Origin: Hamiltosporidium tvaerminnensis FI-OER-3-3
Lineage: Eukaryota > Fungi > Microsporidia
Assembly: GCA_022605425.2 (NCBI GenBank)
Contig: CM061246.1
Span: forward strand, 1,612,001-1,676,000
Direction: 5' to 3'
DNA length: 64,000 bases
Shown here: piece by piece, positions 1-12,003 of the stretch
How the letters are laid out: each line of letters begins with the position of its first letter
Numbering within the stretch: the stretch's first letter is position 1
Program-made: the position numbers and the translations under genes
Notes under the pieces: model-generated
What the model was told of the DNA's origin: nothing
The model's input: the letters and a program-made list of their open reading frames with translations, nothing else
Database searches by the model: none

Positions 1-300
1 TAGAGATATTAACAAGAACTATTTTATTTGTTCTTAAATATTTTTCTTAACAATTTAACCTTCAAAAAATACAACCATTATTTTCGCTCTTTTCATCTTC
101 TACAACATAAAGTTAATTTTTTATTTTCTGACCTTTCCATGAAAAACATTACAAGGGTAACAAAATTAAGAAAATTATAATATGATGATTTATAACACAC
201 AATTTTACGACAAAGCTTAAAATATGAGGTAAAAAATAAAATTAATTTGATATTAAATTTTAAATTATTAAAACACAATTAAATAATTCCTAATTATCTT

Positions 301-3300
301 TCAAACCCAAGGTTGCCAACCAGGAAATAATTTAACTAAATTTTCTATAGAAGTAGCCTTTTCTAATAAGAAACACACATGTGAGTCTTCAGAAAAACAA
401 AAACCAGATTCTATACCACTTAATTTTTCCTTCATTCTAAAAATTATTTTTTCGGCATCCGTAAAAAGCTTAATATCACTCTTTTTACCAATATTTCCTA
501 TTTTCTTGTCACATAGTATCCATCTATGCAAAGGATCGCTTCTAAAAATTGTCATTAAAGAAAGAATTATTGATTTTTCTTTTTTTAGTTGTTTAAGAGT
601 CTGCGTCATTATTTCTCGTAAATAAATATTCCGGGTGTTTATTTCTCTCAAAATATAAAGTTTATTTTCATTTTCTAAAGAATCATTATCGTTTGATTTA
701 TAGTTTAATGTTTTACTTCCTGTTTCTTGTAATTTACTTCTTTTTATTTTTTCTACTTCATTTTCTAAAGAATCATCATCGTTTGATTTGTGGTTTAATT
801 TTTTACTTTCTGTTTCTTGTAATTTACTTCTTTTTATTTTTTCTACTTCATTTTCTTTTGAAATACTTGAATTTGAAAAATAATTTTCATTTTTAAAAGA
901 ATCAGTTTTAAAAGTATTTAAACTTATTTTGCACATTAGAGCATCTATAAGATTTCTTGTCATTCTGAATGGAACAGTTTCAGGTGTTTTAAGAAGTCTA
1001 GCTTGATCAAACAGTAAGTTTAAATCTATATTGATTATTTCACCTGTATAAGTATCTATTAATAAATTATGACAGTGTCTATCACCAAGTCCTAGAATAT
1101 AAGTACTTATGCTGCTTATACCTAAAGATTGAACATATTTTCGTTTCATTCTGAAATAAATAAATGGATTGTTGAAGTTTAAAAAGAAATTATTAAAAAC
1201 TGGAATAAAATTTTCGCATATTTCTTTAAAGGTAGATATTTTGCTGTCGAGAGAATGTGAAACAACAGAATTAAAAATATTTCTACATTTTTTTAAATCA
1301 TATTTTTCTGGATACTTTTTTTTATGTAAATTATCTATTAATTCTCCCAAAGTAATTGTATTACTCAAATACTGAACAATTCCAAAAAACTTTTCAAATC
1401 TTACAACTTTATAAGTTCTAATTTTTAGTATATTTTTATTTTCAAAAACCTTATTCATTTGAGAAAACATTTGAAGCGCAATTATATCTTGTCTTAACTC
1501 GTCTTTTCCTTTTATAATTTCTTTATATATTTTACCATCTGATCCTCTGTTTTCAATTAAAATTGGATTATTTATTCCAGGAAGTTTTTTTACCGAAAGT
1601 ATAAATTCTTCAAAAAATACCAAATTTTTGTATTCTGAATTTTTCGATATTTTAAAATTTATGGAAGGAATAGGAATTTCTTTGAATGAAATATCTTCAT
1701 TGAAATTTTTTTCATTTCTATAAATACATTTGTATGATTCAATCATTCTTTCAATATTTTTTACATTTTTAATATTATTTTTGAACAAATTAAAGTGTTC
1801 AGAAGAGGATGTAAAACGTTCATAAGTTCCTTTTTCTTTAGACTTTAGTGTATCCATGCTTTTAATATCCATTTTATTCTTTATTGAACAATAAACTTCA
1901 AACACTACATGAATAAAATGATCATTACAAAGTCTATAAATTGTTTTTTTTAAATATTCAGAATCAGAATTAAAATACTTGGAAATTAATTGGTATTTAG
2001 CAGGTAAAAATTTATACGAAGGAATATTTTCAAGAATTTTAGAATTTTTTCCATTAAAATCAAAAATAATCGATAATAATTTAAATATAAAGGAATCTTT
2101 ATCTGAAATAAGAGAAAGTTCTGAATATATTCTAAGAAGTAAATGATATGATTTTAAAAATAATTCATTTCGATTTTCTTTTATTTCTTTTTGAAATGCT
2201 ATCTCTGCTGTATAGTCTGATAAAAGATTCATTTTAGATTTTTCTATTTTAGTATTTTTTTCTTCTAAATTTGTATTTAAAGACAATGAATTTAAAAATC
2301 CTTCATAAATTTCATACAAAATATTTCCAATTTTTTCTAAAACAAGAATTTTAAATTCAAAAAACGAATCTTTTGCAAAATAAATCGGGTTGAAATTTAT
2401 ATCGTCTTTATTTTCTGGAATAGTAAAAATATTTGTATTTTTTTCATTTGGTACAAATAATTTACCTGTTTTGGATTTATTCATATTGGATTTGAAAGGT
2501 ACAACCATTTCGTTTTCTATTATATTTAAATTTTTTAAGCAAGGAATTAAATATTGGGTAATAATTTCAATTGGCTTGCCTTCATAAGTTTTTATTTTCA
2601 TGTCTGCTAAATTAGTATTTGCGATATAAAAAATGTGGTGATTAAAATCTGTATTTTTAATAACTTCATTTAGATATTTCTTGGATTCGTCAAACATATT
2701 TAAATTATAAAATAGAAACGATTTCAGAAAATTGAAAGTTTCATCTCTTGTCATCAATAATTTAATTGAATCTTCTTTTTCAATTTTACAAAACGTTTTT
2801 TCAATTTCGTTAAAATAATCAGTAAACGAATCAGAGAGTGTTGAAATAATATTTTTAAATTTCGAATTAAAATGCTCGGGAGATAGATAATTCATATTTT
2901 CATTTTTTATGGAAATATTTGAAGAAAAAATATTTTCATTTTGGACTTGAAATTTGTCTATGAAAATACAATTTTTATATAAATTATTATTCTGTTCTTT
3001 AATCAATTTAGAATCGCTAAATAAATTATTATTGTTTGAATCTTCAGTAAAACTATTTTGATGAATTTTAAAATTGCAAATATTTCTATTTTTAGTGAGT
3101 ATTTTTATTTTATTTTCAATACTTTTTAAAGAATCCAAAATATTTTTTAAATAGTTACTTTGAATATCGGAATTTTCACTGTTTATAAATTTAAGTACAT
3201 TTATCTTATCATATAAATTCGATCTTGAATAGAAATCACTTTCCATAAATTTTTTGGATCTTTTAAAAGTATTTCTTTCGGAGTAAAAATCGAAATCATT

Positions 3301-6300
3301 CCATTTTTCTAAGGATTTTGTAAAACTATCTAAATTATCGAAAAATATCTTTTCATTTTGTGTCATAAAATCGTTGTTTTGTGAAACGTCATAAACAGAA
3401 GGTTTTTGTAATGCGATATTAAAGTTGTAATCAATAAAATTGTAACTTTCAGAATTGCATTCTGAAAAGTCTATTTTTTCTTTTTCAATTTCTTCTTCAT
3501 AATTTCGATTTTCTTTTTCAGAATTAATATAGAATAGAAGAATTTCATGTGTTATAAATGGATTTAGAAGTACTTTATAATATTTTCTATTCCAAATGTA
3601 AAACCTATGAAATTTAAGTTTTCCATTTTTCAATATTGGAACAATAATTTCTTGGTTTGTATCAATAAATTCATTAAAAATAAAAATAAGTAAAAAAATT
3701 ATATCTTCACTACAAAATATTTTCAAAAATTCAAAATAATTTATATTCCTCAAATCATGACCATTTTTCAAATTAAAAGTTTTTTCTTTCAAAATATTTA
3801 TAATTTCTAAAGAAATTATATTTAAATTGTACATTTCATCAACTGTATTATCGAATTCAGAAAGAAAAAATGTTTTCTTGTCAATATCTTTTAGATGAAT
3901 TAATTTCATTTTGAAAAGAGTTGAAATATCTGAAAAGTATGTTTTTAAATTAAAAAAATCATTCAATAAATCTTCAATTCTTTCATATGAATAATATTTT
4001 TCCAAAAAAATATTATAGAAACTATCTTTTCGAAATTTCTTAATGAAATATGAAATTTTAGAATTATTAGAATCAAGGTTTTTTATTCTTTCAGAAAAAA
4101 ATCTAAACAATGATAAATCACTTTCATTTTCTCTATTTATATTTGTAGTACCGCTTTTATGAGTTGAAATATCGAAAACTGGTTCAGAATCTTTTTTTGG
4201 ATTATTTTTCCCCATATGGCCAAATTTTGAAATATCAAAGCTACATTCTTCATTACTTTTTTGGATTTCATTATTTGATTTATTTAAATCATAAATATGT
4301 TCATTCATACTATTTTCATCTTCATACATATTTTCCGAATTTAAGATTTTTTCTTTTTTACTTAAAAATATTTCAATATATTTGTATTTCTCACTCATTT
4401 CAATGCCAAAAACTTCAATAAATTCACTATATGATTCATTATCTGTTATTTTTAGATAATTTCTAAAAATAAACAATGAAGTAACGACAATAAAATCATT
4501 TTCAAATTCAATTTCTAATTTTAGAATATTTAAAATATTTTCAAAAAAATATTTTTTAAAAATTCCTAAACACGTATTTTGTTTGTAGATGAAATACAAA
4601 AGAAAATATTTTATCATTCCGGGATCATTTTCATCATAAATTTTTAAATTGTTTTCTGTTAATTTCAAAAAATCATATATTTTTGCTTTTTTAAAATATT
4701 CATATCTTTTAGAATAGTAAAGAGACAGTTTAGTGTTTTTTTCGAATGGAATAATGTTTAAATTATAAATATAAAGTTCAGCTGAGTATATAAGTGTAAA
4801 TATATTACAATGGTTTTGTTCAAAAAGCAATAACATAATTTCTGCTATAAAATTTTGATTTGGAAAAAGGTTTATAAATTGAAATAATTTCTTAAACGAA
4901 CTTATATCTCCTAAATGAGTAATATTTTCAATGATTTTTTCAAGAATTTCAAAAATATGCGTATCATTTGAAAAATCACTTTCAAAATTAAATGAAGTAT
5001 TTAATAACTCGTTACTTAAATTTTCAGGTTTAATATTATTTTCTATTTCAGAACTCAGGTTTGTTTTATTATAATTCGTTAATATTGGATCTTTAAAAAG
5101 GATTTTTTTCGGTTGATAATCTTTTCTTATTTTATAAATTTTCTTTATTCGTAGATATAACAAAATATCTGATATTAAATTTCTCTTCTCGTTAAATTCT
5201 TTAGAATTCATTTCTTCTGAAAAATATGTTTCCTCAAAATTAGAAACGATGTTTTTTAAAATGGAAATAGAAGAGTCATATTCGTCAACAGAATAATCAT
5301 GTTTGTTCTCACATATTTTCAAGCAAATTTTTACTAAATTTTCCAAATTATTGTAGTTGAAATGGGAAAGATTCAAAAGAATAAAATTTTTCAAAACAAT
5401 TATGTCTTTATCTTTGAATTCAAATGAATCTATCTTAAAATCTAGAAATTTTTTCAAATCTTCATTCGCTTCTAATATAAATGTTTTTTTCGTTTCGGTA
5501 ATAAATGAAACATTGGTTTTTGGAGCTTTGAACAAGTTGGTAAATTTTATCTGACTATTTATATTTAAATATATATTTACAGTATAATTTTGAAATAAAA
5601 TAAAATTCAGTAACTTTTTTAACTCTTCTGTATCCTCATTGAATAACACAAAACAAGGAGATGGTTTTTGTGTATTTTCGTTGAAAGTAAACGAATGAAT
5701 GTCTGATTTTAAATCTGAATTATCAATTGATGAAATATTTTTTTTATTTGAAACGTCTGAAGAATTATTAAAAGATGAAGAATTATTTTCATAGATTAAT
5801 AAAACATTTTCAATCAATGAAAAAAAATTAGACTTTCTAAAATATTTTTGAAAATCATAATAAAATCCCCAATAAGAATAATTAAACAAGATTGGTAAAT
5901 TAAACTGTTGTATAAATTTGGGGAAATATAACCGATTTTCTTTCAGAAATTCTGAAAGATTATACATATTTTTTATAAATTTTTCATCGATAGATTTAAA
6001 TCTTATTTGAATAAATATGAATAAAACTATAAAGTTTATATTCTTCTGAAAAGAGACTGAGCTTAAAATTGATTCTATTTCGTATTTATTATCGAAAAGA
6101 TTATAAAAATTGATAATCAGATATAATGATGTCAGTTTTTCTGAGAAATAAGCAACAAAATTTTTTATATATCGTTTTAAAAATTCTATATCTTTCATTT
6201 CTAAGTATTTGAGCGTATAAGGAAATATTTTAAAGTAAATTAATACCAACAGGCCTTTATATTCGCTTTTGAAATCTGTATATAAAATTTTTATAAATTC

Positions 6301-7656
6301 ATCTGTATCAAGAATATTTTTCAGTTGAATAATATTATATGAAAGAATAAAATATTCATATTTTTCTAAATAATTTTGAAATTCTAGATTTCCATAAATT
6401 TTTAAAAAATCTAAAAAGCCAAAATAACTCAATTTATCTTTTAAAATAATATTTTTACTGTTTTCTTTACAATTCAAATTTTCAGAACCAAAAATAAAAC
6501 AAATAATACATTCATTTGATGATTCAGTAATTGAATTAAATCTATCTTTAAATTTGTTTTCAGAATAGAAATTATGTTTAGAACAATATTTTTGGCTAAT
6601 TTGTGTTTTGTATATAAATACACCGTAAAATAAAAGCGAAATTGTTTCCTGGAGCAAATATAATTGTTTCTTTTCTTTTTTTAGGCATGCTCGATTATCA
6701 AGATAAAGAAAAAAATCTTGAATTTCAAAATATACATTATCAGATTTTATTTGACTTGAAAAAGAATCAAAAAGTTCTATAAATTTAGTTAAAAGCTTAA
6801 AAGAACTAGTATTTCGATATCTAAAAATGAATGGTATAAATGTTTTGAAAATTTTTAGCTGATAATAAAAATCATTTTTACATTTTTTGAAAAAATTAGA
6901 TTCTATTTTCAAAGAAATAAAAATTTCAATAAAATAATCAACAAATATGTTCATAACAGAAAATGAAAAATCTTTTTTTGAAAGCTGAATTTTCTTAATA
7001 AATTTATAAAGAATTTTAAAATTTGTAATTCTTAAATTTGTTAGAATTTTTAAGATTAATAATATTTCAAAGTCTTCTTTTGTATTAAATATTGAATAAT
7101 TTATGATTTCAAATATATTTTGTATATTCTCTTGTATTAAATTTATAGACAATTGGCTAGGTATGTTATTTAAATTCAAATGACAAGTATTAAAACTTTT
7201 TAGATATTTTTGCAAATCAGAAATAATTTTTTCGCAATTTTCCAAATCTATCAACTTTAATAAAACATTCATTGTTTCTAATTCTATAAATCTTTCTTTT
7301 AAATTTTTTAATATTTTTACTATTTGAGTAAAAAATGTTTCTTTATTTTCGTTAAAAACTTCTATAAATATATAAATAACTTTTATAAAGCTTTCTATAG
7401 TTTCTAGAGTCAATAAATTTTGTTCTTTAATAAAATAAATAAATATTTTGATACAATCATCTATTATTTCGATTTTTGCGATATCTTGATCTAAACCATT
7501 TATTAAATAAATATAATCTATAATTGTGTTAAATACACCGGAAAGGGTTTGATATGTGCTTTCGTGTGAATATATAGATTTTTTAAAATCATTCCAACAT
7601 TTTTTTACATTCTTATTGGATTTGTTTGATTTGTTCAATTTGTTTGATGGTGCCAT
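301..7656 (-). CDS. TEL1: ATM/Tel1-like PIKK serine/threonine kinase, 2451 aa, copy 1
   Basis: C-terminal PI3K-like domain (GSDGKIYKEIIKGKDELRQD, YILGLGDRHCHNLLID, IDLN, PETVPFRMTRN) and FATC end LFPGWQPWV*, which resembles ATM LFPGWKAWV. Confidence 0.88.
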   Translation of the reverse strand: MAPSNKLNKSNKSNKNVKKCWNDFKKSIYSHESTYQTLSGVFNTIIDYIYLINGLDQDIAKIEIIDDCIKIFIYFIKEQNLLTLETIESFIKVIYIFIEVFNENKETFFTQIVKILKNLKERFIELETMNVLLKLIDLENCEKIISDLQKYLKSFNTCHLNLNNIPSQLSINLIQENIQNIFEIINYSIFNTKEDFEILLILKILTNLRITNFKILYKFIKKIQLSKKDFSFSVMNIFVDYFIEIFISLKIESNFFKKCKNDFYYQLKIFKTFIPFIFRYRNTSSFKLLTKFIELFDSFSSQIKSDNVYFEIQDFFLYLDNRACLKKEKKQLYLLQETISLLFYGVFIYKTQISQKYCSKHNFYSENKFKDRFNSITESSNECIICFIFGSENLNCKENSKNIILKDKLSYFGFLDFLKIYGNLEFQNYLEKYEYFILSYNIIQLKNILDTDEFIKILYTDFKSEYKGLLVLIYFKIFPYTLKYLEMKDIEFLKRYIKNFVAYFSEKLTSLYLIINFYNLFDNKYEIESILSSVSFQKNINFIVLFIFIQIRFKSIDEKFIKNMYNLSEFLKENRLYFPKFIQQFNLPILFNYSYWGFYYDFQKYFRKSNFFSLIENVLLIYENNSSSFNNSSDVSNKKNISSIDNSDLKSDIHSFTFNENTQKPSPCFVLFNEDTEELKKLLNFILFQNYTVNIYLNINSQIKFTNLFKAPKTNVSFITETKKTFILEANEDLKKFLDFKIDSFEFKDKDIIVLKNFILLNLSHFNYNNLENLVKICLKICENKHDYSVDEYDSSISILKNIVSNFEETYFSEEMNSKEFNEKRNLISDILLYLRIKKIYKIRKDYQPKKILFKDPILTNYNKTNLSSEIENNIKPENLSNELLNTSFNFESDFSNDTHIFEILEKIIENITHLGDISSFKKLFQFINLFPNQNFIAEIMLLLFEQNHCNIFTLIYSAELYIYNLNIIPFEKNTKLSLYYSKRYEYFKKAKIYDFLKLTENNLKIYDENDPGMIKYFLLYFIYKQNTCLGIFKKYFFENILNILKLEIEFENDFIVVTSLFIFRNYLKITDNESYSEFIEVFGIEMSEKYKYIEIFLSKKEKILNSENMYEDENSMNEHIYDLNKSNNEIQKSNEECSFDISKFGHMGKNNPKKDSEPVFDISTHKSGTTNINRENESDLSLFRFFSERIKNLDSNNSKISYFIKKFRKDSFYNIFLEKYYSYERIEDLLNDFFNLKTYFSDISTLFKMKLIHLKDIDKKTFFLSEFDNTVDEMYNLNIISLEIINILKEKTFNLKNGHDLRNINYFEFLKIFCSEDIIFLLIFIFNEFIDTNQEIIVPILKNGKLKFHRFYIWNRKYYKVLLNPFITHEILLFYINSEKENRNYEEEIEKEKIDFSECNSESYNFIDYNFNIALQKPSVYDVSQNNDFMTQNEKIFFDNLDSFTKSLEKWNDFDFYSERNTFKRSKKFMESDFYSRSNLYDKINVLKFINSENSDIQSNYLKNILDSLKSIENKIKILTKNRNICNFKIHQNSFTEDSNNNNLFSDSKLIKEQNNNLYKNCIFIDKFQVQNENIFSSNISIKNENMNYLSPEHFNSKFKNIISTLSDSFTDYFNEIEKTFCKIEKEDSIKLLMTRDETFNFLKSFLFYNLNMFDESKKYLNEVIKNTDFNHHIFYIANTNLADMKIKTYEGKPIEIITQYLIPCLKNLNIIENEMVVPFKSNMNKSKTGKLFVPNEKNTNIFTIPENKDDINFNPIYFAKDSFFEFKILVLEKIGNILYEIYEGFLNSLSLNTNLEEKNTKIEKSKMNLLSDYTAEIAFQKEIKENRNELFLKSYHLLLRIYSELSLISDKDSFIFKLLSIIFDFNGKNSKILENIPSYKFLPAKYQLISKYFNSDSEYLKKTIYRLCNDHFIHVVFEVYCSIKNKMDIKSMDTLKSKEKGTYERFTSSSEHFNLFKNNIKNVKNIERMIESYKCIYRNEKNFNEDISFKEIPIPSINFKISKNSEYKNLVFFEEFILSVKKLPGINNPILIENRGSDGKIYKEIIKGKDELRQDIIALQMFSQMNKVFENKNILKIRTYKVVRFEKFFGIVQYLSNTITLGELIDNLHKKKYPEKYDLKKCRNIFNSVVSHSLDSKISTFKEICENFIPVFNNFFLNFNNPFIYFRMKRKYVQSLGISSISTYILGLGDRHCHNLLIDTYTGEIINIDLNLLFDQARLLKTPETVPFRMTRNLIDALMCKISLNTFKTDSFKNENYFSNSSISKENEVEKIKRSKLQETESKKLNHKSNDDDSLENEVEKIKRSKLQETGSKTLNYKSNDNDSLENENKLYILREINTRNIYLREIMTQTLKQLKKEKSIILSLMTIFRSDPLHRWILCDKKIGNIGKKSDIKLFTDAEKIIFRMKEKLSGIESGFCFSEDSHVCFLLEKATSIENLVKLFPGWQPWV
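667..856 (-). repeat. 90-bp (30-aa) coding tandem repeat x2.1 inside the kinase C-lobe
   Basis: ttcattttct recurs at 667, 757 and 847. Protein ENEVEKIKRSKLQETESKKLNHKSNDDDSL / ENEVEKIKRSKLQETGSKTLNYKSNDNDSL / ENE. Same repeat at ~32995-33184. Confidence 0.92.
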
Positions 7657-7708
7657 TGGTTTTATGCAATTTGATTTATTAAATAGTTTTAAATTTTATG
7701 CATAATTA

Positions 7709-10700
7709 ATGGGTAGAAAAAAAAATTTGACAGCAAAAATGTAAACCAACAAAATAAAAAAATACAGAAAGTGTTTAAAAAAGGAAAAAATGTTTATTTC
7801 ATTTGTAAAATTTTAGAGAGAATCTGTGTTAAGTGATTACTGCTTTACAAATTTATCTTTAAGTAATACTTTGTGAGCTTGCGTAACATGTTTGCTTGAT
7901 ACTATACTTCGTATTATTGCATCATTTCTTGCTTTTAGACTTTAGATTAGCATTTTAAACCCGAATACTATTGAATTTATAAAAGTAGTCAGGCTGATAG
8001 TTTTGCTTAATGCTAAACACTGCCGATAGCTTAAATCATAAACCTTTTATAATTAAACCTATAAGGCTACAAAGTAATTCGAGAAACGGCCTCGGAATGG
8101 TTGAAAAATGATCTTTGGTTTTAAAAATAGAAATTTTGTTGTACCGTAACTCTCGATGTGTGGCGAAATTTAATAAAGTCGTGAGTTTTAGAAAGCAATA
8201 ATAGAATAGAAGTCGATGTAGAGGCGCCATATATCTCAAACTATATACTTAGACCGAACTCGCTCAAAAGTAATCCTGAAAGATGACTATTTGAATAAAA
8301 TTAAAGAAACACCAAAAAAAGAAATTTCAAAATTAGAGATGGAAGTGAAGCATTAAAGTGATATAGATGATAATAAAATTAATGAGCGAATTGGTTAAAT
8401 AGTTTTTTAATATACGTAAAATTAAATATGTATGCCATCGATATACACAGCACATATTATCCAGAATAAGCAGCTATTTTATGACTAGAAATACGCGAAA
8501 TACAACAAAAACTCAACCAGGGTGAATACATGAACTAGGAAATCTCCAGGTTTGAACTTACAACTGATATACTCCGAAGATTCATATATCTAATAAACAC
8601 GTCTACATAAACGAGAAAGTAAGAAGATTATTTTAGAGTTTAACTTAAACTTAAGTCTAGAAAATATTTTTTTGAGGTGCAATTTGAAAAAAGAGAGCCT
8701 TGGAATTTTTACAAGAAAAAGACAAAGTATGAATAAAGAAGAAAATTACTGTATTTAAAAGTATCACATCTTTTTAGAATAGTGGCAAGTGTTATATTTG
8801 TTTTCGTGACATTAACGCAGTTCTAAGTTTAACACAAATGACTACTGCCCCAACACTCCATCGGTAACCCCTGCGATACCTACGTCCCATAGCCTTTCAT
8901 TTACCAGGTGTGTAGAACCCAATTAATAGGCGAGGAAGTTGCCCGGAGTCCTTAATGTCCGTTGCATGGAGTGTGATCGAAGGCCGAAGCTCTCGAGCTC
9001 CTCCTAGACTAAGCAGCATTCCCACTTACTCTACACTTTCTGAACCCAATAAACTTCTAGCTAAGATATATTTCAGAGATTTACATGGGGTCCACCTAGA
9101 CAGTGCAATGTCATACCAACAGGTATAACCTGCTACTTAGCTCTCCCGGCTTTAAATGGTTTTTTGTTTTAAGTCTCTTAGACGCTAAGTCTTCTGACCC
9201 GAGTGAGCAAGGCTAGGTTTCCATGCTTTTACATGGTAATTACCTACAAGTCTAGCTGCAGTCTGCAATCTGGTTACATAAAAAACTACAAATAAATTTT
9301 TAGAAAAAGTTTCTCCATTTCTTAGACCTCTTCTCCTCATAACAACTCCCATGGAACAACCGAAGATGTAGTGTGGTTGTATTTCCACCAAAAATCCAAA
9401 CAATGACCTCACACCAGTTTCCCACACTCATTGCCAAGCAGAAAGTTTTTATGTGGTTATCCTCCTTCCACAAAAGAAGGAGATTAAAAAGAAAATTTTA
9501 TATTTTAGGTATTATAAGAGTGAGATGATTATAAGCTATCTGTACGGATGAAATCGAGATTATAATTGAGATTGTGAAAATAAAAGTTTTTAGTTACAGT
9601 ATGGAACAAAAATGATGGCACTGTCACGTATAATTATTATATTAAACCCTGCCAATCGAACACTCATACTACATTTTCCTTCCTACGATCATTTTAGAAG
9701 ATTATAAGTTTGGTTTCTAAATATAAAACCGAAAGAAACACTGATTTTTATAATTTCCTATAACGAAACTTATGAATTTACATAATATCTTAACAATATT
9801 TTCAAATTCATATTTTTAAGCGAAATGTTTGAAGCTGACTGGTTTTGTTATGAAATTTTACATATATTAAATATAAATATACCACCAGTTATCCCAAACT
9901 ATAGACAAGTTATTTGTATGTAATACTGGCAGAAGCGAGAAAAATTGTAAAAAAAGTCGGTAATTTTGAAGTGAAAGATATAGACTTCGGTTTTATAACT
10001 TATTAGGAACATTAAAATGTTCACCAAGCCGAAAAACAGCCTAATTATATATTCCCCTCATGAGTATAGAAAAAACTCAAATTATATTAAATCTATGTTA
10101 TGCCTGCAGTTTGATAACCCTGTAATTATGAATACCGTAAAACTTTGATTTAAACTAAGCTAATGATGATTTTCTCAAAGTAAATACATAAAAAATAAAG
10201 AATTTACAAACGATGGGACATGTATAAATCATGAAAAGATGTATTAAACTAGACTTTTTCAATGAGATGGTCTGTAATATTTTTTTTCATTTTGCATAAT
10301 TTTTTTAAGCCAAAAATTCAATAAAAACTACTTAAAACCTACTTTACGCATGTATGCATTTTTTGTATTTCAGCGGTCACTTGTTTTTTGTGGATACTAA
10401 ATTTCTTGTGATTTAGAGGCAACATTAGAATTTCGCCATATATAGTAAAAGTAAGTTGAAAGACCTACGAATTAGAGCTTCATAGTAAGATTTACCCAAA
10501 AAATATTCAGTAGCAGGATTGCTACTTTTTTATATAAATGATATAGTTTTAAAGTGTAAACTATAAAAGAATATAGCTGAGAAAACCAATAAAGCGTTTA
10601 ATCTGAAGAGGTTTATGCAAAACTAATGTCAAGTGTTAAAAGAATTTAAACACTAGATTGTAGGAAAAATATTAATTCTACAACTAATCTAGATGAAATA

Positions 10701-11000
10701 TTGTTAATTTCTATCATATAGAACCATGGAACCTAAAATGGCAGAATTGAAAGTTGGGTAATGCAATGCATTCAGTAGTGATTAAAGAAAATATGTTATT
10801 TATTTCCCAAGAAAGTTGAGAGAAGGTAACCAGATTAAATACGTTCTGCTTAGCAATGAGTATGTACATTCGTATTGAAATCATTGATATCATTTTGCTG
10901 TATAAATAACCCCCGATGATCTATAGGCTATACCTGTAACCTCGAGTTTAAACAGATCTAATAAAACAGATGAAAAACTTTCATTTGGACACCATCGACC
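7709..11000 (+). mobile_element. Heavily decayed R4/Dong-like non-LTR retrotransposon (subfamily C), interrupted by the structured unit at 8752-9473
   Basis: Start atgggtagaaaaaaaaatttgacagc matches the start of element B (atgggtagaagaaaaaaagttgacagc). Colinear remnants: PRNG (~8090), AHIIQ (~8450), TFPS (~9670), EADWFC (~9830), NYRQVICM (~9897), KYVLLSNE (~10838), KTDEKLSF (~10963). No open frame; 3' end approximate. Confidence 0.7.
8752..9473 (-). mobile_element. Structured ~725-nt non-coding retroposed unit (SINE-like), reverse copy
   Basis: Reverse complement aligns over its full length with 17349-18076, sharing the 5' end (ttgtggaaggaggataac) and 3' end (gtgatacttttaaata). Confidence 0.8.
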
Positions 11001-11769
11001 CGAAATTTAAAATCAGAATGGTCTAAGTATGTATTTCCTTCAATATACTGAGTTTTTCGCTTATTTAGAACTGAAATTTGATAAGGTTTGCACTGTTTTA
11101 AGCTTTGTAGATAAGATAAGCTTTTGAAATTCGTAAATTATCTGAAAAACGTAAGTGAAATTTTAAACAAAGCAGAATTCTAGAAACATGAAATCATATG
11201 ACCTATCCACATTTAACAAAATTCTTCTTAGAACAATATTTAAGATAAAAAAAATGTATTAATGAAACCTCTCAACTAGCAAATTTATAAAAAGAAGATA
11301 AAAAATTAAACTTCATTCTAAATTATATAATGCTTAAAAATAAACGTAAAAATAATAGGAGTCTTCAAGATGGATAAAGTCAAAAAATCAAAGCTTTATG
11401 AAACATTGTTGCAAAATCCTGAATATAAATGTTTTCCGTAAAGCAAAAGTTAATTTTATTCATAAAAATGTATCTGCTAAAAAAACATAGCAATTTTCAA
11501 CTCTATATTAAAATAACTCAATTTTTAATGACTTAAAGATATAAAGACGACGTTAGGTCTATTCTTCTACTTAATTCAAAAAACATAGAAGTTTGTTTTG
11601 AAAATAAAGTCACGTGTGTTTAAATCTTTATAAAAAAATCCATTTAAAAATAAAATTTAACATTATAATGAAAATTTATGTTAAAAATCAAACATTAGGC
11701 ATATAAATTTGTTTTAATTATGTACCAAACCAGATTTCAGTTGTTTAGGCAAGAACCATAGCTAAATTC

Positions 11770-12003
11770 TTCTCGCTTTCACTCTCGGCACTAATGCTTT
11801 GGTATAGACTTGAGCTCCCTCAGTAATGCCGCTCATCTGTCTCCTTTCAGTAGGTTCGTTTTTTTGGGTTTCGTAACAAGGTGGTTTTAAACGGTGAGTG
11901 TTAGCCGTAGGCCAACCCCTAACCTGGAAGACCAGTCCATTTTAGTCGCCTCTTATGATAAGCAAAGAATACTTCAAGCGATTTCTGCAGTCGGAAAGGT
12001 GGG
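11770..12003 (-). mobile_element. RTE-like SINE / internally deleted RTE element
   Basis: GC-richer island. Minus strand reads tgcttatcataagaggcgactaaaa...ggtcttccaggttaggggttgg...ggctaacactcacc...tagtgccga, similar to 5' and 3' motifs I recall from RTE-clade elements. Homologous to 13640-13890. Confidence 0.6.

Noticed and set aside
93-5554. Short ORFs next to or antisense to ATM (93-278, 693-896, 1169-1375, 2390-2587, 4164-4421, 5357-5554, and their duplicates)
   Set aside because: Shadow ORFs, mostly with TTG starts and F/L/I/K-rich composition expected from AT-rich antisense DNA.
9185-9427. 80-aa ORF (92 aa at 41525-41803) in the structured unit as a real protein
   Set aside because: Frame and start differ between copies. 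It is better explained as eroded R4 coding sequence.
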